Assembly (NCBI GenBank): GCA_018238155.1
Contig: JABCTZ010000026.1
Location: 64,001-128,000 of the forward strand
DNA from: Candidatus Heimdallarchaeota archaeon
GTDB lineage: Archaea > Asgardarchaeota > Heimdallarchaeia > JABLTI01
Direction of reading: 5' to 3'
DNA: 64,000 nucleotides
Below are positions 10,212 through 20,683 of the stretch, one piece after another. Numbering within the stretch: position 1 is the first letter of the stretch; every line of letters begins with the position of its first letter. Position numbers and translations under genes: made by a program. The notes beneath the pieces were generated by a model. That model searched no databases and was not told the origin of the DNA. It was given only the letters and a program-made list of their open reading frames with translations.

Positions 10212-11327
10212 ATGAAATATTGTAAAAAGTGTGTGATGCCGGATACACGACCATACATTACATTTGATGATGAGGGTATTTGTTATCCTTGCAGACATTA
10301 CGAGGAAAGAAAGAACAAAGATTGGGATAAAAGATGGGGCGAATTGGAAGCTCTTGCAGATAAGCATAGAGGACGAAATGGCGATTCATATGATATGCTC
10401 ATCGCTGCGAGTAGTGGAAAAGATAGTTATTTCAAAACCTATATTTTCAAAGAAAAATTGAACATGAATCCACTTCTTGTTTCAGTTGATAATTTCAGCT
10501 GGACAGATACAGGCAGACAAAATTATGATAATCTCAGTGATGAATTTGGCGTTGATATTCTTCTAATGTCCATGAATCGAAGAACTGCTCGAAAGATGCT
10601 CAAATTTGGATTAGAGAAGCAGTTAATTCCAACATGGTATTGGGATAAGGCAGTATATGCATATCCATTACAGATGAGCATCAAATTAGGTGTTCCTTTA
10701 GTTTTCTGGGGTGAAAATACTAGCTTTGAACGTGGTGGACCAATAAAGGAAGACATACCTGATGCACTTGTTCAGCTCAAAAATGATGTAGTAAAACCTG
10801 TTCCTTGGGATTATTGGTTAGCTGAAGGAGTTACTATGAAGGATTTGAACCCAGCTGTGTATCCAAGTATGGACGAAATCAATAAAGCCAAAGTGGAAGC
10901 TCGTTTCCTAAGCTATTATGTACCATGGAGTGACCATGAAAATTATAAAACGATGAAAAAACGTAGTTTCCAATCACTTGATGATACTGGCGAATGGAAA
11001 AGAGAAGGTATCCACATGTTTCCATGGTTACAAGTTGATACTATTGGTTATCTTGTACATTGTTGGTTTAAGTTCATCAAATTCGGTCATTGGGTTGTCA
11101 GTGACTATACGAGTTTAGAGATCAGAGAAGGTCGAATGACTCGAGATGAAGCTGTTAAATTTGTCAATGAGGAAGAATACAAACTTGATCCAAAGATGCT
11201 TGCAGACTTTTTAGAATTCATTCACTATAAAGAAGAAGATTTCTGGAAATTAGTTGATAAATTTGCCAATCATGATATCGTAGAGAAACGTGATGGTGTC
11301 TACAGATTAAAACAACCTATGAAATAA
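10212..11327 (+). CDS. N-acetyl sugar amidotransferase (WbuX/PseA/PtmG family, PP-loop)
   Basis: YCKKCVMPDTRP...GICYPC Zn site, SSGKDS PP-loop, KFIKFG, IREGRMTRDEA. Confidence 0.9.
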   Translation: MKYCKKCVMPDTRPYITFDDEGICYPCRHYEERKNKDWDKRWGELEALADKHRGRNGDSYDMLIAASSGKDSYFKTYIFKEKLNMNPLLVSVDNFSWTDTGRQNYDNLSDEFGVDILLMSMNRRTARKMLKFGLEKQLIPTWYWDKAVYAYPLQMSIKLGVPLVFWGENTSFERGGPIKEDIPDALVQLKNDVVKPVPWDYWLAEGVTMKDLNPAVYPSMDEINKAKVEARFLSYYVPWSDHENYKTMKKRSFQSLDDTGEWKREGIHMFPWLQVDTIGYLVHCWFKFIKFGHWVVSDYTSLEIREGRMTRDEAVKFVNEEEYKLDPKMLADFLEFIHYKEEDFWKLVDKFANHDIVEKRDGVYRLKQPMK

Positions 11328-11395
11328 TTAACAAGAAATCAAAGTACTTTTTAGTACTTTTTCTTTTTTTATTTCGAATTCCATTTGGTGAGAAA

Positions 11396-12610
11396 ATGCC
11401 TGAGAAAAAAACAATCATATTTACATCGGCTTATAGTTACCTTTCAAATCCTCAATATTATTCCTTTGTTGATAAATTAAATGATATCAAAAAGGTTTAC
11501 TTGCACGTTAAGGATCCACTTAGCGTAGTATTTGATGAGAAATTGATTAAGAAGGATGAGATATTACGTTATTTTGATGAGTATATTGAAATTGATTATA
11601 ATTTAAAAGAAGAGCTTCTCAAAGTTTATGAGGAACGACAAGGTTTCTGGAAACGAATATCTTTCAAGATCATTAAACCATATTATGATTACAAAAAACG
11701 ACTTCTTAGCCATCTTGACCAAATCAAACCTGATGCTATTGTTACATGTTCAGATATGACTGTCAGCGATAGAGTGATCAGTGATTGGTGTAGAAAGAAA
11801 AGAAAATCACAGATAATACTTCAAAACTGCTTTATTGATAACATCAATTATACAAAATACAATTTTAGACATAATGTAAGATATTTTTTCTTTAACAAAT
11901 TACTCAGAGCTCCTTTGTATATAAAACAACATCTCTATGGTAGTGAAAATTACAAAAGCCATTTATTACTGTGGAGTGATTACTACATTTTAGACCCCAA
12001 GAGAAAAAATACTCATTTCATTGGGAATGCTGTTTTTGACAAACTATTCCAACAATTCTCCAAAAAGAAGAAAAAATCAGATATTATTACAATTTGTACT
12101 CAACCACTAGACGAATTATTCAGTGTTAAAATATTTGATGAAGTCAACAAATACTTCAAAATTGCACTGGAAAAATTCCCAAATGTTTCTTTTTATATGA
12201 AAGTACATCCAAGAGAGGAGATTTCCAAATATCAAAAAATCTTTCCTGAAAAGAAATACACGAATGTAAAAGTAGTCAAAGATTATAATCTGCATGAATT
12301 GCTCATGAAATCCTTTGGTCAAATATCAATCAATTCCTTTACTTCTTTTGAAGCAGCAGCTCTTGGAATCCCGATAATCATTCTTAATCCAAACGATGAA
12401 ATTAATACTTATGATCACTTCAGGGAAGAAATCGACATCCGTATTAGAAAACCAGAAGAGATATCTGAAGCAATTAAAACAATTCAATCTAATGATTATT
12501 GGGAATTGTTTTTAAAAAAGAGAGACAAGTACTTTAATAAAATGCTATATTTTACCGATGGCAAAAGCAATGAACGAACAGCAGCAAAAATAAGAGAATT
12601 AGCTGCTTAA
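11396..12610 (+). CDS. Putative GT-B glycosyltransferase, possibly the nonulosonic acid transferase
   Basis: CTQP, KVHPRE (HP motif), SFTSFEAAALGIP, DGKSNER; sits beside nonulosonic acid genes. Confidence 0.6.
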   Translation: MPEKKTIIFTSAYSYLSNPQYYSFVDKLNDIKKVYLHVKDPLSVVFDEKLIKKDEILRYFDEYIEIDYNLKEELLKVYEERQGFWKRISFKIIKPYYDYKKRLLSHLDQIKPDAIVTCSDMTVSDRVISDWCRKKRKSQIILQNCFIDNINYTKYNFRHNVRYFFFNKLLRAPLYIKQHLYGSENYKSHLLLWSDYYILDPKRKNTHFIGNAVFDKLFQQFSKKKKKSDIITICTQPLDELFSVKIFDEVNKYFKIALEKFPNVSFYMKVHPREEISKYQKIFPEKKYTNVKVVKDYNLHELLMKSFGQISINSFTSFEAAALGIPIIILNPNDEINTYDHFREEIDIRIRKPEEISEAIKTIQSNDYWELFLKKRDKYFNKMLYFTDGKSNERTAAKIRELAA

Positions 12611-13122
12611 GATTTTTCTTTATTAAATTCCCAAATATGATCACAATACTTACTGCCTTTTACAATTTCATTTTCTCTTAAGAAAATAACACCAGGTAAA
12701 ACATTCTTGGTAAATACTGAATCGGATAAACAGAAGGCATATGCTAAATCATCTATCCCGTCATCAATAAAGACTTCATAAATTGGACATCTGTTGTACT
12801 TGACTTAAGCTTCGTTTTTGAGGATTCAATTATCTCAAGATAAGGAGTTTTTGCAGCGTAATCTTCATAAAAAGCACGAAAACAATCAAAGCATCCTTGT
12901 GATTTTTCCTTGGTATTTCCGAGAACTTTTTCATAAATTTTAGTCATATATCTTGCAAAAGCATCGGTTGCAATTTTGAATGCTTCGTCATGGTTTAGAT
13001 TAGCTTTTAAAGCTGCAAGTAAAGATTGAGTAGATAAGGATTTCTCATTCTTTCTGTTATATATTTCATCTTTTGATTTTTGACGTTCAATATAATCAAA
13101 TCAATTCATTGATTTTGTTCAT
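12607..13122 (-). pseudogene. Disrupted L-2-amino-thiazoline-4-carboxylate hydrolase-like (V4R-related) gene
   Basis: Pieces MNKINELI / DYIERQ...SSKTKL / VKYNRCPIYEVF...AFCLSD...IVKGSKYCDHIW* lie in different frames, with breaks near 13098 and 12806. Confidence 0.7.
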
Positions 13123-13169
13123 TTTAATACTATTTCTTCAATTTAAGATAACAATATTATGAATATTTA

Positions 13170-14255
13170 CTACAACATTTTCAAAACTATTTCCTTAATA
13201 CCATTGAAATCATCAAGATATTTCTCAGGAGGATCATTAGTATTCCATTTTTCCAAATCAATTTGCTTTTTAAAAGAAAGTTTCCTATATTGTGAAACGT
13301 TGATACGAAAATATCTTAGTTTAATAGAAAGCATTCTAGCTAATTTTCTAAACCAATTGACAGTTTTTTCTTTATTAACAACTATATGATTTTGAATGTA
13401 AGCTTCCATTCCATCTTTGATGGTTTTCTCAGCGTCTTGAATAGTAATTTCTTGCTTTTTAGTTAGATGATTGACTAGGCATTCATTAAATTTCTGAAAT
13501 TTCTCATCATAAGTACCATTCTTTATGAAATGGTCTAGTCTGGAATACCTCGATGTTGATGAGTTTACTATTGATTCCCGTGCACCAAAAAGAATGTCCA
13601 AAGTTTGTACTTTCCCATGTATAATTGTAAGCATATCTAATAATATTTCACCAAATCTAACATCACTTGTGTTTTGAAGAACTTCTTTGTAAATCATTTG
13701 TAGAAAATCAGTTTGGTGAATGTAATAAATGGTGGGAAAATAATTTGTAAAATGAATGTTCAATCGGTCTTTTGGTTCTGGGGAGGTAATTGTCATATGG
13801 TTTTCTATTTTTTCTGAAAAGAAGAGATATTTTAGCCAATAGAATGTTTTTTTTGTGTTGCTTCGTTTTAGTGCTAAGAAATCATAATAGTAACCACCAG
13901 CTGCAGTAAATTCAGGATTCCTCTGGAGAAAGTCAATGCATTTCTTCATCGAATTAGGTGTAATAAAGTCATCATCTGCACATAATACACAATACTTGGT
14001 GGTTACTGAATTAATAGCTTCAAGAAATTTACGAAAAGGATTAACATCGACTGGGAATGAAAGATATTTTATATTCAATTTTGGAAATGCTGAGATTGTT
14101 TTTTCATTTAGAGTTTTTTTTTCCTTTGTACTGGAATCAGCTATAATTATTTGGTATTCAATTTCATGTTTATTGTAGTAAGTCAACAAACGGTAGAGAT
14201 ATTTATGACGGTTATATGTTGGAATTATCAGTGAAAGATTGTATTCAGAAACCAA
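13170..14255 (-). CDS. GT2 glycosyltransferase (TIGR00180-like)
   Basis: IIPTYNRH, IIIADSS, LCADDDF; TTG start after AAGGTGA SD. Confidence 0.85.
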   Translation of the reverse strand: MVSEYNLSLIIPTYNRHKYLYRLLTYYNKHEIEYQIIIADSSTKEKKTLNEKTISAFPKLNIKYLSFPVDVNPFRKFLEAINSVTTKYCVLCADDDFITPNSMKKCIDFLQRNPEFTAAGGYYYDFLALKRSNTKKTFYWLKYLFFSEKIENHMTITSPEPKDRLNIHFTNYFPTIYYIHQTDFLQMIYKEVLQNTSDVRFGEILLDMLTIIHGKVQTLDILFGARESIVNSSTSRYSRLDHFIKNGTYDEKFQKFNECLVNHLTKKQEITIQDAEKTIKDGMEAYIQNHIVVNKEKTVNWFRKLARMLSIKLRYFRINVSQYRKLSFKKQIDLEKWNTNDPPEKYLDDFNGIKEIVLKML

Positions 14256-14679
14256 ATTTTAGTCACCTTATCAGAGGAAAATCTATGCAATGAACTTTAT
14301 ATATACATTAAGTTATTAAAATTGTTTACTAATTTTACTGCAAATATCAATAGTGAATTTGTCAATTCATTCAATATATATACCATGCAAATTTTAACGC
14401 TAGTCCAAATAAGAGTGATAACTCTTCTCTGTCCTTTTTTTTACTCAATTCTTATTGGAGTGGGTATTTCAAGAGTAATTTTTTTTGTTGCCTTGTTTCT
14501 TTGTCGGAACAATTACTATCAGAGACTACTCAAAAGACCATGAGAAAATGAGATAATAGAAAAAAGTTTTCGAGAAGACTGGTAGGAATAGCTATTATCT
14601 ACAAATGAACCAATGACCAAATTTTTTTATATCTAGGTAGAATCTTAAAATACCAAAAACATGAACAACAATAAAGTAG

Positions 14680-15888
14680 GTGTTAATAATCACAGAGATA
14701 AATGCACATAATAGCAATCATTTTTGTTCAATCTGTGGGAAAAGCAAAAAAAAGGTTTTTCTCAAACGTAGTAATGTTCCTGTACATCAGAATCTTTTAT
14801 ATAATTCATACAAGGAAGCAAGAAATTGTGTTCGAGGAGATATTGAATTAGCATTTTGTAGTTATTGTGGCTTTATTTCAAATTCGAAATTTAATCCTGA
14901 CCTTTTGAATTATTCAGCTGATTATGAAAATACTCAAACATATTCAGGTTATTTCTATGATTACCTTAATAATCTTGTACATTATCTTACTGAAAAATAT
15001 GACCTTATTGGAAAACAGATCTTTGAAATCGGTTGTGGTAAAGGAGATTTTCTAAAACTTATATGTGAGAAGAATCGAAACAAAGGTATTGGTTTTGATC
15101 CTAGTTATATAGGTCCAGAACAGACTCCTGATGGTTCTGTACGCTTTATTAAAGAATTTTTTAATGATGAAAAAGCTAAGAGCTTTTCAAATATCGATTT
15201 TATTGCTTGCCGTCATGTACTAGAACACATAGAAAACCCACTTGAACTACTCTTAACCATCAAGCGATCCTTAAATATGAAGAAAAACACAGCAATTTTT
15301 TTAGAAGTCCCTAATGTAAAGTGGATTTTGACTAATTTTGTTTTCTGGGATATTTTCTATGAACATTATTCTTATTTTACACCAAATTCCTTAAAATATG
15401 CTATTCTAAAAGCTGGTTTGGAAGTCACAAAAACCTCTACAGCTTTTAGTGATCAATATCTTTGGATTGAAGCAAAACCAATGAAAAACAAAGATCAAGA
15501 TATTGAATTACATTCGCTACATGATAATGAAATCAGCTCAGAAATTAATGCATTTGTTAAGAATTATAATAATCAAATAGAAAAATGTAAGAAATTAATA
15601 ATTTGTATGAACGAAACAGAAAAGAGTGCAGTTTGGGGGGCAGGAGCTAAAGGTGTTACATTATTAAACATTTTAGACCCAAATGCTGAGTTGATTGATG
15701 CAGCAATAGATATAAATCCTAATAAACAAGGGAAATTTATTGCGGGAACTGGTCATCTTATCATATCGCCTAAGGAAATAAAAAATAAAAATTATAAAAA
15801 AATCTTAAATTTAAATCCCAATTATCTCAATGAAAACAATGAGTTATTAAGAAAAATGTCTGTAGACATACAATTGAGTACTTTATAA
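14680..15888 (+). CDS. Class I SAM-dependent NDP-hexose C-methyltransferase-like protein
   Basis: N-terminal CxxC...CxxC, EIGCGKG, HVLEH, YEHYSYF, WGAGAKG, DINPNKQG. Confidence 0.85.
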   Translation: MLIITEINAHNSNHFCSICGKSKKKVFLKRSNVPVHQNLLYNSYKEARNCVRGDIELAFCSYCGFISNSKFNPDLLNYSADYENTQTYSGYFYDYLNNLVHYLTEKYDLIGKQIFEIGCGKGDFLKLICEKNRNKGIGFDPSYIGPEQTPDGSVRFIKEFFNDEKAKSFSNIDFIACRHVLEHIENPLELLLTIKRSLNMKKNTAIFLEVPNVKWILTNFVFWDIFYEHYSYFTPNSLKYAILKAGLEVTKTSTAFSDQYLWIEAKPMKNKDQDIELHSLHDNEISSEINAFVKNYNNQIEKCKKLIICMNETEKSAVWGAGAKGVTLLNILDPNAELIDAAIDINPNKQGKFIAGTGHLIISPKEIKNKNYKKILNLNPNYLNENNELLRKMSVDIQLSTL

Positions 15889-15889
15889 T

Positions 15890-15919
15890 CCGCTAATAGA
15901 AATGGTTTTTCTACCAGCG
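15890..15919. terminator. Imperfect hairpin between convergent genes
   Basis: cgct-aa-tagaaa...tttcta-cc-agcg inverted repeat just after stop 15888. Confidence 0.4.
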
Positions 15920-15955
15920 AATAAATACAATTTATGTAAATATCTGTACAATTTT

Positions 15956-16687
15956 CTACTTTTTCTTAAGGAATCCATTTGGACAATTTGAGACAAATAA
16001 TTTATTGTAACTATCATCTATTTCAAAATCTTTGTTTATCTTTAAGAACTCTTTAATTGCTTCTAAAGGATTATCTTCATTCCAATTTTCCTGACTTCCG
16101 TCTAAACCTATCAATTCAGGCATGATAGTATCAAAAACAACTAGATAACTTCCTGAAGTTACAAATTTACTATAAGCTCTGAGTTCTTTAATTACGTGAT
16201 CTTTTGTGTGATTCGAATCAAGAGCAATTAGAACAGTTGATTGAGGATCGATTTCATTCTCGATTTTTTCAATTGTTTCCTGTTTAACGGAATCTCCTTC
16301 AATCAGCTTAATTCTCTTACTCATTGGATGACTTTCAATAGCTTTTCTATTATGTGATTTAATTTCTATATCTACACCAATTGCTTTTCCTTTGCCTAGG
16401 AGTTCTAACAAAGACGAGTAAAAAATCAATGCTCCACCATGAGCAATTCCAATTTCAATAATTATATCTGGTTTTACCTTAAAAATCAGTTCCTGCATAA
16501 TAATTATATCTGAAGGTAATTGGATAATGGGAATACCTAACCAAGTAATTTCATATGAAAGATTATTTTGCCAACTTGTCCTAATCCATTGCCTACTATC
16601 TTCTTTCAATGTAGCTATATCTTTATTCTTTTTTTGCTTTACATGTTTTTTTAGTTCTGTTATATCATCTTCAGATGGCCAAATCAT
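15956..16687 (-). CDS. CmcI/cephalosporin hydroxylase-family methyltransferase (probable sugar O-methyltransferase)
   Basis: TWLGIPIIQLP, IEIGIAHGG, LDSNH, GSYLVVFDT, CPNGFL. Confidence 0.88.
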   Translation of the reverse strand: MIWPSEDDITELKKHVKQKKNKDIATLKEDSRQWIRTSWQNNLSYEITWLGIPIIQLPSDIIIMQELIFKVKPDIIIEIGIAHGGALIFYSSLLELLGKGKAIGVDIEIKSHNRKAIESHPMSKRIKLIEGDSVKQETIEKIENEIDPQSTVLIALDSNHTKDHVIKELRAYSKFVTSGSYLVVFDTIMPELIGLDGSQENWNEDNPLEAIKEFLKINKDFEIDDSYNKLFVSNCPNGFLKKK

Positions 16688-16706
16688 GTTTTTTTCCTCA
16701 TTTTTT

Positions 16707-17570
16707 TTATTCTAGATGTTTTGATCTTATATAACGCTTAAGAGCATCTTTCCAATGTGGTAAATCTATATTCATGTTTGCGGCTTTTTCATTTTTTAGA
16801 GCCGAGAACAATGGTCTTCTCATCTTCCCTGTTAATCCTTTCCGGTCTACAGGAATTAATTTAATACTTATATCCAATATTTTAAATATTTCCTCAGTTA
16901 ATTCATACCAAGTACAAAAACCTTGATTCACCAAATGATAAATTCCTGGTTGTTTTGACTTATGGTCTACCAACTTCAGAACCGCTTTACTTAAATCACT
17001 AGTAAATGTTGGTGAGACTGTTTGATCATTACTCATTTCTAGGAGAGATAATCGTTTAGAATCCTTTATTCTTTTTTCTATAAAATTACCTCCTTTTGAT
17101 GTTGCTCCTTGAAAACCATACAATCCGCATGTTCTAATAATGATAGATTTTGAGTAGGAAATAGCCGCAAATTCTCCAGCTAGTTTAGATAACCCATATA
17201 TTTGAAGTGGACCAGGTACATCAGTTTCTATATATTGTTCTCCTTTTCTTCCATCAAATACATAGTCAGTACTAAAAGATACAAACCAAACATCAAATTC
17301 ACTTGTAATTTCAGCCATATCTTTGACAGCTAGGCAATTTGCTTGAAATGCTTCTAATGGATGATCTTCACATAATGGAACATTATGATACGCAGCTGTA
17401 TTGATTACAATTTCTGGTTGAAATTCTTTCATTGCAGACAGAAAGGATTGTTTATCTGTTATATCTAGTTCACTTTTATTTGGTGCTAAAACCTCATTAC
17501 TCGTTGTACTAAGATCATGTATTAAAGCAGAACCTAATTGACCTGTTTTTCCGATTACTAAATATTTCAT
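16707..17570 (-). CDS. rfbD: dTDP-4-dehydrorhamnose reductase-like 4-ketoreductase
   Basis: GKTGQLG, NTAAY, STDYVFDG, YGLSK, RPLFS. Confidence 0.9.
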   Translation of the reverse strand: MKYLVIGKTGQLGSALIHDLSTTSNEVLAPNKSELDITDKQSFLSAMKEFQPEIVINTAAYHNVPLCEDHPLEAFQANCLAVKDMAEITSEFDVWFVSFSTDYVFDGRKGEQYIETDVPGPLQIYGLSKLAGEFAAISYSKSIIIRTCGLYGFQGATSKGGNFIEKRIKDSKRLSLLEMSNDQTVSPTFTSDLSKAVLKLVDHKSKQPGIYHLVNQGFCTWYELTEEIFKILDISIKLIPVDRKGLTGKMRRPLFSALKNEKAANMNIDLPHWKDALKRYIRSKHLE

Positions 17571-18127
17571 AAAGAATCACTTACAATGCCTTTGAAATTT
17601 TTATCTAAAAGTTCATAATTTTTATCCTTTTCTGAAATATCAGTAATTTCTTGCGACCATGGAATATTCACTAAGGGATCATTATATCTAATTCCTCTTT
17701 CAAACTCTTTATCATAATATTCTGTGTGGAAATAGAGTAATGCAGCATTTTCTGTAATGGTTTGAAATCCGTGAGCAAATCCTTCTGATATGTAAATCAT
17801 TTTCAAGTTATCTTCACTTAGAAGTTCTGTATGGTAGCTTAGAAAAGTAGGTGAATTTTTCCTAATATCTATTATTACATCAAATACTGAACCTTGAAGG
17901 CATTTTATAATCTTGCACTCAGCTCTGGGTTGTTTCTGATAATGCATACCTCTAATACTGCCTTTCTGCTTAGTCAATGAATGATTTATTTGAACAATCT
18001 CTTTTTTGTGAATTATTTCTTTAAACTCATTCTTACAAAATAATCTAGTAAACATTCCCCTGTGATCTTTAAAAGGATCAAGCATGATTACATATGCTCC
18101 TTCAAATGGAGTTTCAATAAACCTCAT
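17567..18127 (-). CDS. rfbC: NDP-4-keto-6-deoxyhexose 3,5-epimerase
   Basis: DHRG, QINHS, RGMHYQ, GFAHGF, ISEKD. Confidence 0.92.
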   Translation of the reverse strand: MRFIETPFEGAYVIMLDPFKDHRGMFTRLFCKNEFKEIIHKKEIVQINHSLTKQKGSIRGMHYQKQPRAECKIIKCLQGSVFDVIIDIRKNSPTFLSYHTELLSEDNLKMIYISEGFAHGFQTITENAALLYFHTEYYDKEFERGIRYNDPLVNIPWSQEITDISEKDKNYELLDKNFKGIVSDSL

Positions 18128-19359
18128 TAAACCATCTCAAGATTCGGTATAGGGATGATGAATTTACCACCTTTTTTATGATATACCTTTTGTTGTTCCA
18201 TAATCTCTTTAGCAAAATTCCAAGCGAAAATAAGTAAATAATCAGGTTGTTTTTCTAGAATATAATCAGGTGAAACTATTGGGATTTTTTTCCCAGGCAT
18301 ATAAAATCCTTGTTTGTGAGGATTACGGTCAGCAACAAAATCAATTACATCATTTCCAATATCCAAGTAGTTCGTTAAAACAGCTCCTTTTGCTGCAGCA
18401 CCGTAAGCAGCAATTGATTTGTCCTCTGCTTTTAATCTAATTAGAAGATTTTTTAATTCTCTACCAATCTGTATTGCTTGCTTAGCAAAATTTTGATAGT
18501 AGTTAATTTGCCATAATCCTAATTCCTTCTCTTCTTTCAAAAGTAATTCTTTGTTTTGAGTTATCTTATCTTGATGCTGTTCGTGCATAATTTTTATCCT
18601 TAAAGACCCTCCATGAATAGCTGTTCGTTCTATATCAACTATAATTAGATGATGATTCTTGAAAAGGTTATCAATAGATGAAAGAGAATAATAACACAAG
18701 TGTTCATGATAGATTGTATCGAATTCATTTTTATCAATCATATCTCGAACATATGGGAATTCGAAAATACCAATTCCATCATCTTTTAGAATTATTCTTA
18801 TCCCTTCAATAAAATCATTCAAACCTGCAATGTGAGCTAAAACATTATTTCCAATAATAACATCAGCAGTTTTATTTTCCGCTTTTAATTTTGTAGCTGT
18901 TTCACTATTAAAAAATTCACAGAGAGTTGGTATACCTTTTTCCTCTGAAATTTTTGCTACATTTTCTGCTGGTTCTATACCTAAAACTGGAACATTATAG
19001 GTTTTAAAGTATTGAAGCAAATAACCATCATTACTGGCAATTTCAATAACAAGATTTTCTTCTGTTAATCCTTGTTCCTTAACAAGTTTATCAACAAGCT
19101 TCTTAGAATGTTGAAGCATAGTATCTGAAAAAGAAGAAAAGTAATAATATTTACTAAATAAAATTCTAGGATCAACTGTTTCATTTATTTGTACTAAAGA
19201 GCATTTAGGGCAAAAAACTAATTCTAAGGGATATTGTTTTTCTTGTTTATTGATATCTTTGTTTGAAACAAGAGCATTAGCCAAAGGTAAAATACCTAAT
19301 GAGAGGATAGTTTCTATGTTAAAAGACTCACATGACCTGCAACTGAAATTTTTTTTCAT
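18127..19359 (-). CDS. NDP-4-keto-6-deoxyhexose C-methyltransferase (TylC3/NovU-like)
   Basis: CRSC...CPKC, EIASNDG, NVLAH, FDTIYHEH, HGGSLR, YGAAAKG, AWNF. Confidence 0.92.
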   Translation of the reverse strand: MKKNFSCRSCESFNIETILSLGILPLANALVSNKDINKQEKQYPLELVFCPKCSLVQINETVDPRILFSKYYYFSSFSDTMLQHSKKLVDKLVKEQGLTEENLVIEIASNDGYLLQYFKTYNVPVLGIEPAENVAKISEEKGIPTLCEFFNSETATKLKAENKTADVIIGNNVLAHIAGLNDFIEGIRIILKDDGIGIFEFPYVRDMIDKNEFDTIYHEHLCYYSLSSIDNLFKNHHLIIVDIERTAIHGGSLRIKIMHEQHQDKITQNKELLLKEEKELGLWQINYYQNFAKQAIQIGRELKNLLIRLKAEDKSIAAYGAAAKGAVLTNYLDIGNDVIDFVADRNPHKQGFYMPGKKIPIVSPDYILEKQPDYLLIFAWNFAKEIMEQQKVYHKKGGKFIIPIPNLEMV

Positions 19360-19488
19360 ATTAAATACACCAAAACCATATTTGTACTCATTTTGACTAA
19401 TTCCGATTTATTTGTGTTTTACTCCATGGTAAAATGCTTTATTGCACATGTTAGGATAATTATTTTACAGAGTATTTCAAACCTATAT

Positions 19489-19587
19489 TTATTTAAGTTC
19501 GTTTATCCTTCTTCTAATTTCATTGACAGATAGAGGTTCCTCATTAGAAAAATTGAAGGCTTCTCCATGAATTTTGTTATCCGCCAT
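19489..19587 (-). pseudogene. Remnant of an NDP-sugar 4,6-dehydratase (rfbG-like), 32 codons
   Basis: MADNKIHGEAFNFSNEEPLSVNEI; GEAFNF is typical of the C-terminal part of RfbG-like dehydratases; located where rfbG normally follows rfbF. Confidence 0.6.
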
Positions 19588-19615
19588 TTTACTTCAACCT
19601 TCTTACAAATAAAGA

Positions 19616-20422
19616 CTATTTCCATAATTTCCAGAAAGCGTCATTATTATTCCAGAGCTTGTTTAAATAATTCATATCTCTAACATTATCCATACAAGCC
19701 CACATTCCAGGAAGCTTGTACATTTGAACATTGCCCTTTCCAGCAAGGTCTTCTAAAGGACCAATCTCGAAATCAGCATTTACATCAGAAGAAAGATAAT
19801 CAAAAAGTTCTGTTTCATGAACCATAAATCCACCATTTATTAATCCCTGTGAGGCTTGTGGTTTTTCACTAAATGAGATTATTTCTGAACCTTTGTGAAT
19901 TATTTCTCCAAATCTTGAAGGAGGATGAACACCTGTTAGTGTACTTATTTTTCCATGGGATTTATGAAATTTAAGAAGTGCATTTATGTCTATATTAGCA
20001 ACACCATCTCCATATGTTAATATGAATCTATCAGTACTAACATATTTCTCGATTCGTTTTACACGCCCACCTTTTAGAGTCTGGAGTCCAGTATCTACCA
20101 ATTTAACATTCCAGTCTACTATTTCTGACTCATCTAAATATTCATACTTACCAGTTTTCATTTCAATTTCAAAATTATTAGTGTACTCTTTATAGAACAT
20201 AAAGTAGTGTTTTATTTTATCCGATTGATAACCCAGAGTTAAAATGAAATTATTATATCCCCAATGTGAATATATTTTCATTACATGCCAGAGAATAGGT
20301 TTTCCTCCAATTTCAATCATAGGCTTAGGTTTACTCATTGTTTCAATTCCTAATCTAGTTCCTAACCCACCGCATAAAATTACTACCGGGATATCTTTAT
20401 CCTCATTAACCAAAGCATTCAC
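19616..20422 (-). CDS. rfbF: Glucose-1-phosphate cytidylyltransferase
   Basis: LCGGLGTR, PKPMIEIG, VDTG, TYGDG, INGGF, WACMD, FWKLW. Confidence 0.92.
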   Translation of the reverse strand: MNALVNEDKDIPVVILCGGLGTRLGIETMSKPKPMIEIGGKPILWHVMKIYSHWGYNNFILTLGYQSDKIKHYFMFYKEYTNNFEIEMKTGKYEYLDESEIVDWNVKLVDTGLQTLKGGRVKRIEKYVSTDRFILTYGDGVANIDINALLKFHKSHGKISTLTGVHPPSRFGEIIHKGSEIISFSEKPQASQGLINGGFMVHETELFDYLSSDVNADFEIGPLEDLAGKGNVQMYKLPGMWACMDNVRDMNYLNKLWNNNDAFWKLWK

Positions 20423-20683
20423 AAACTATTTCTAATTTATTGAAATAAGTAAACTGGACTTCTATATAAATAGCTTTTCATGGAATGTCAATGCTTTTAT
20501 TTTTGAAAATAAAATTTTTTTAGTGAAGAAAAAATAATAAAGAAGAAAGAAAAATACGACCACTTAATTGGTCTTATTTTCTTTTACTTATCACGACTAT
20601 AGCATTTTTGGCAAGAAGTGCTCGCATCAATACTTTCTCCATATGTTGGGCAGATAGTAATGTTTGAACCTCTATTTTTGTCA

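Noticed and set aside
14322-14620. Short hydrophobic ORF, possible flippase remnant between divergent genes
   Set aside because: No recognisable motif; cannot be supported without a search
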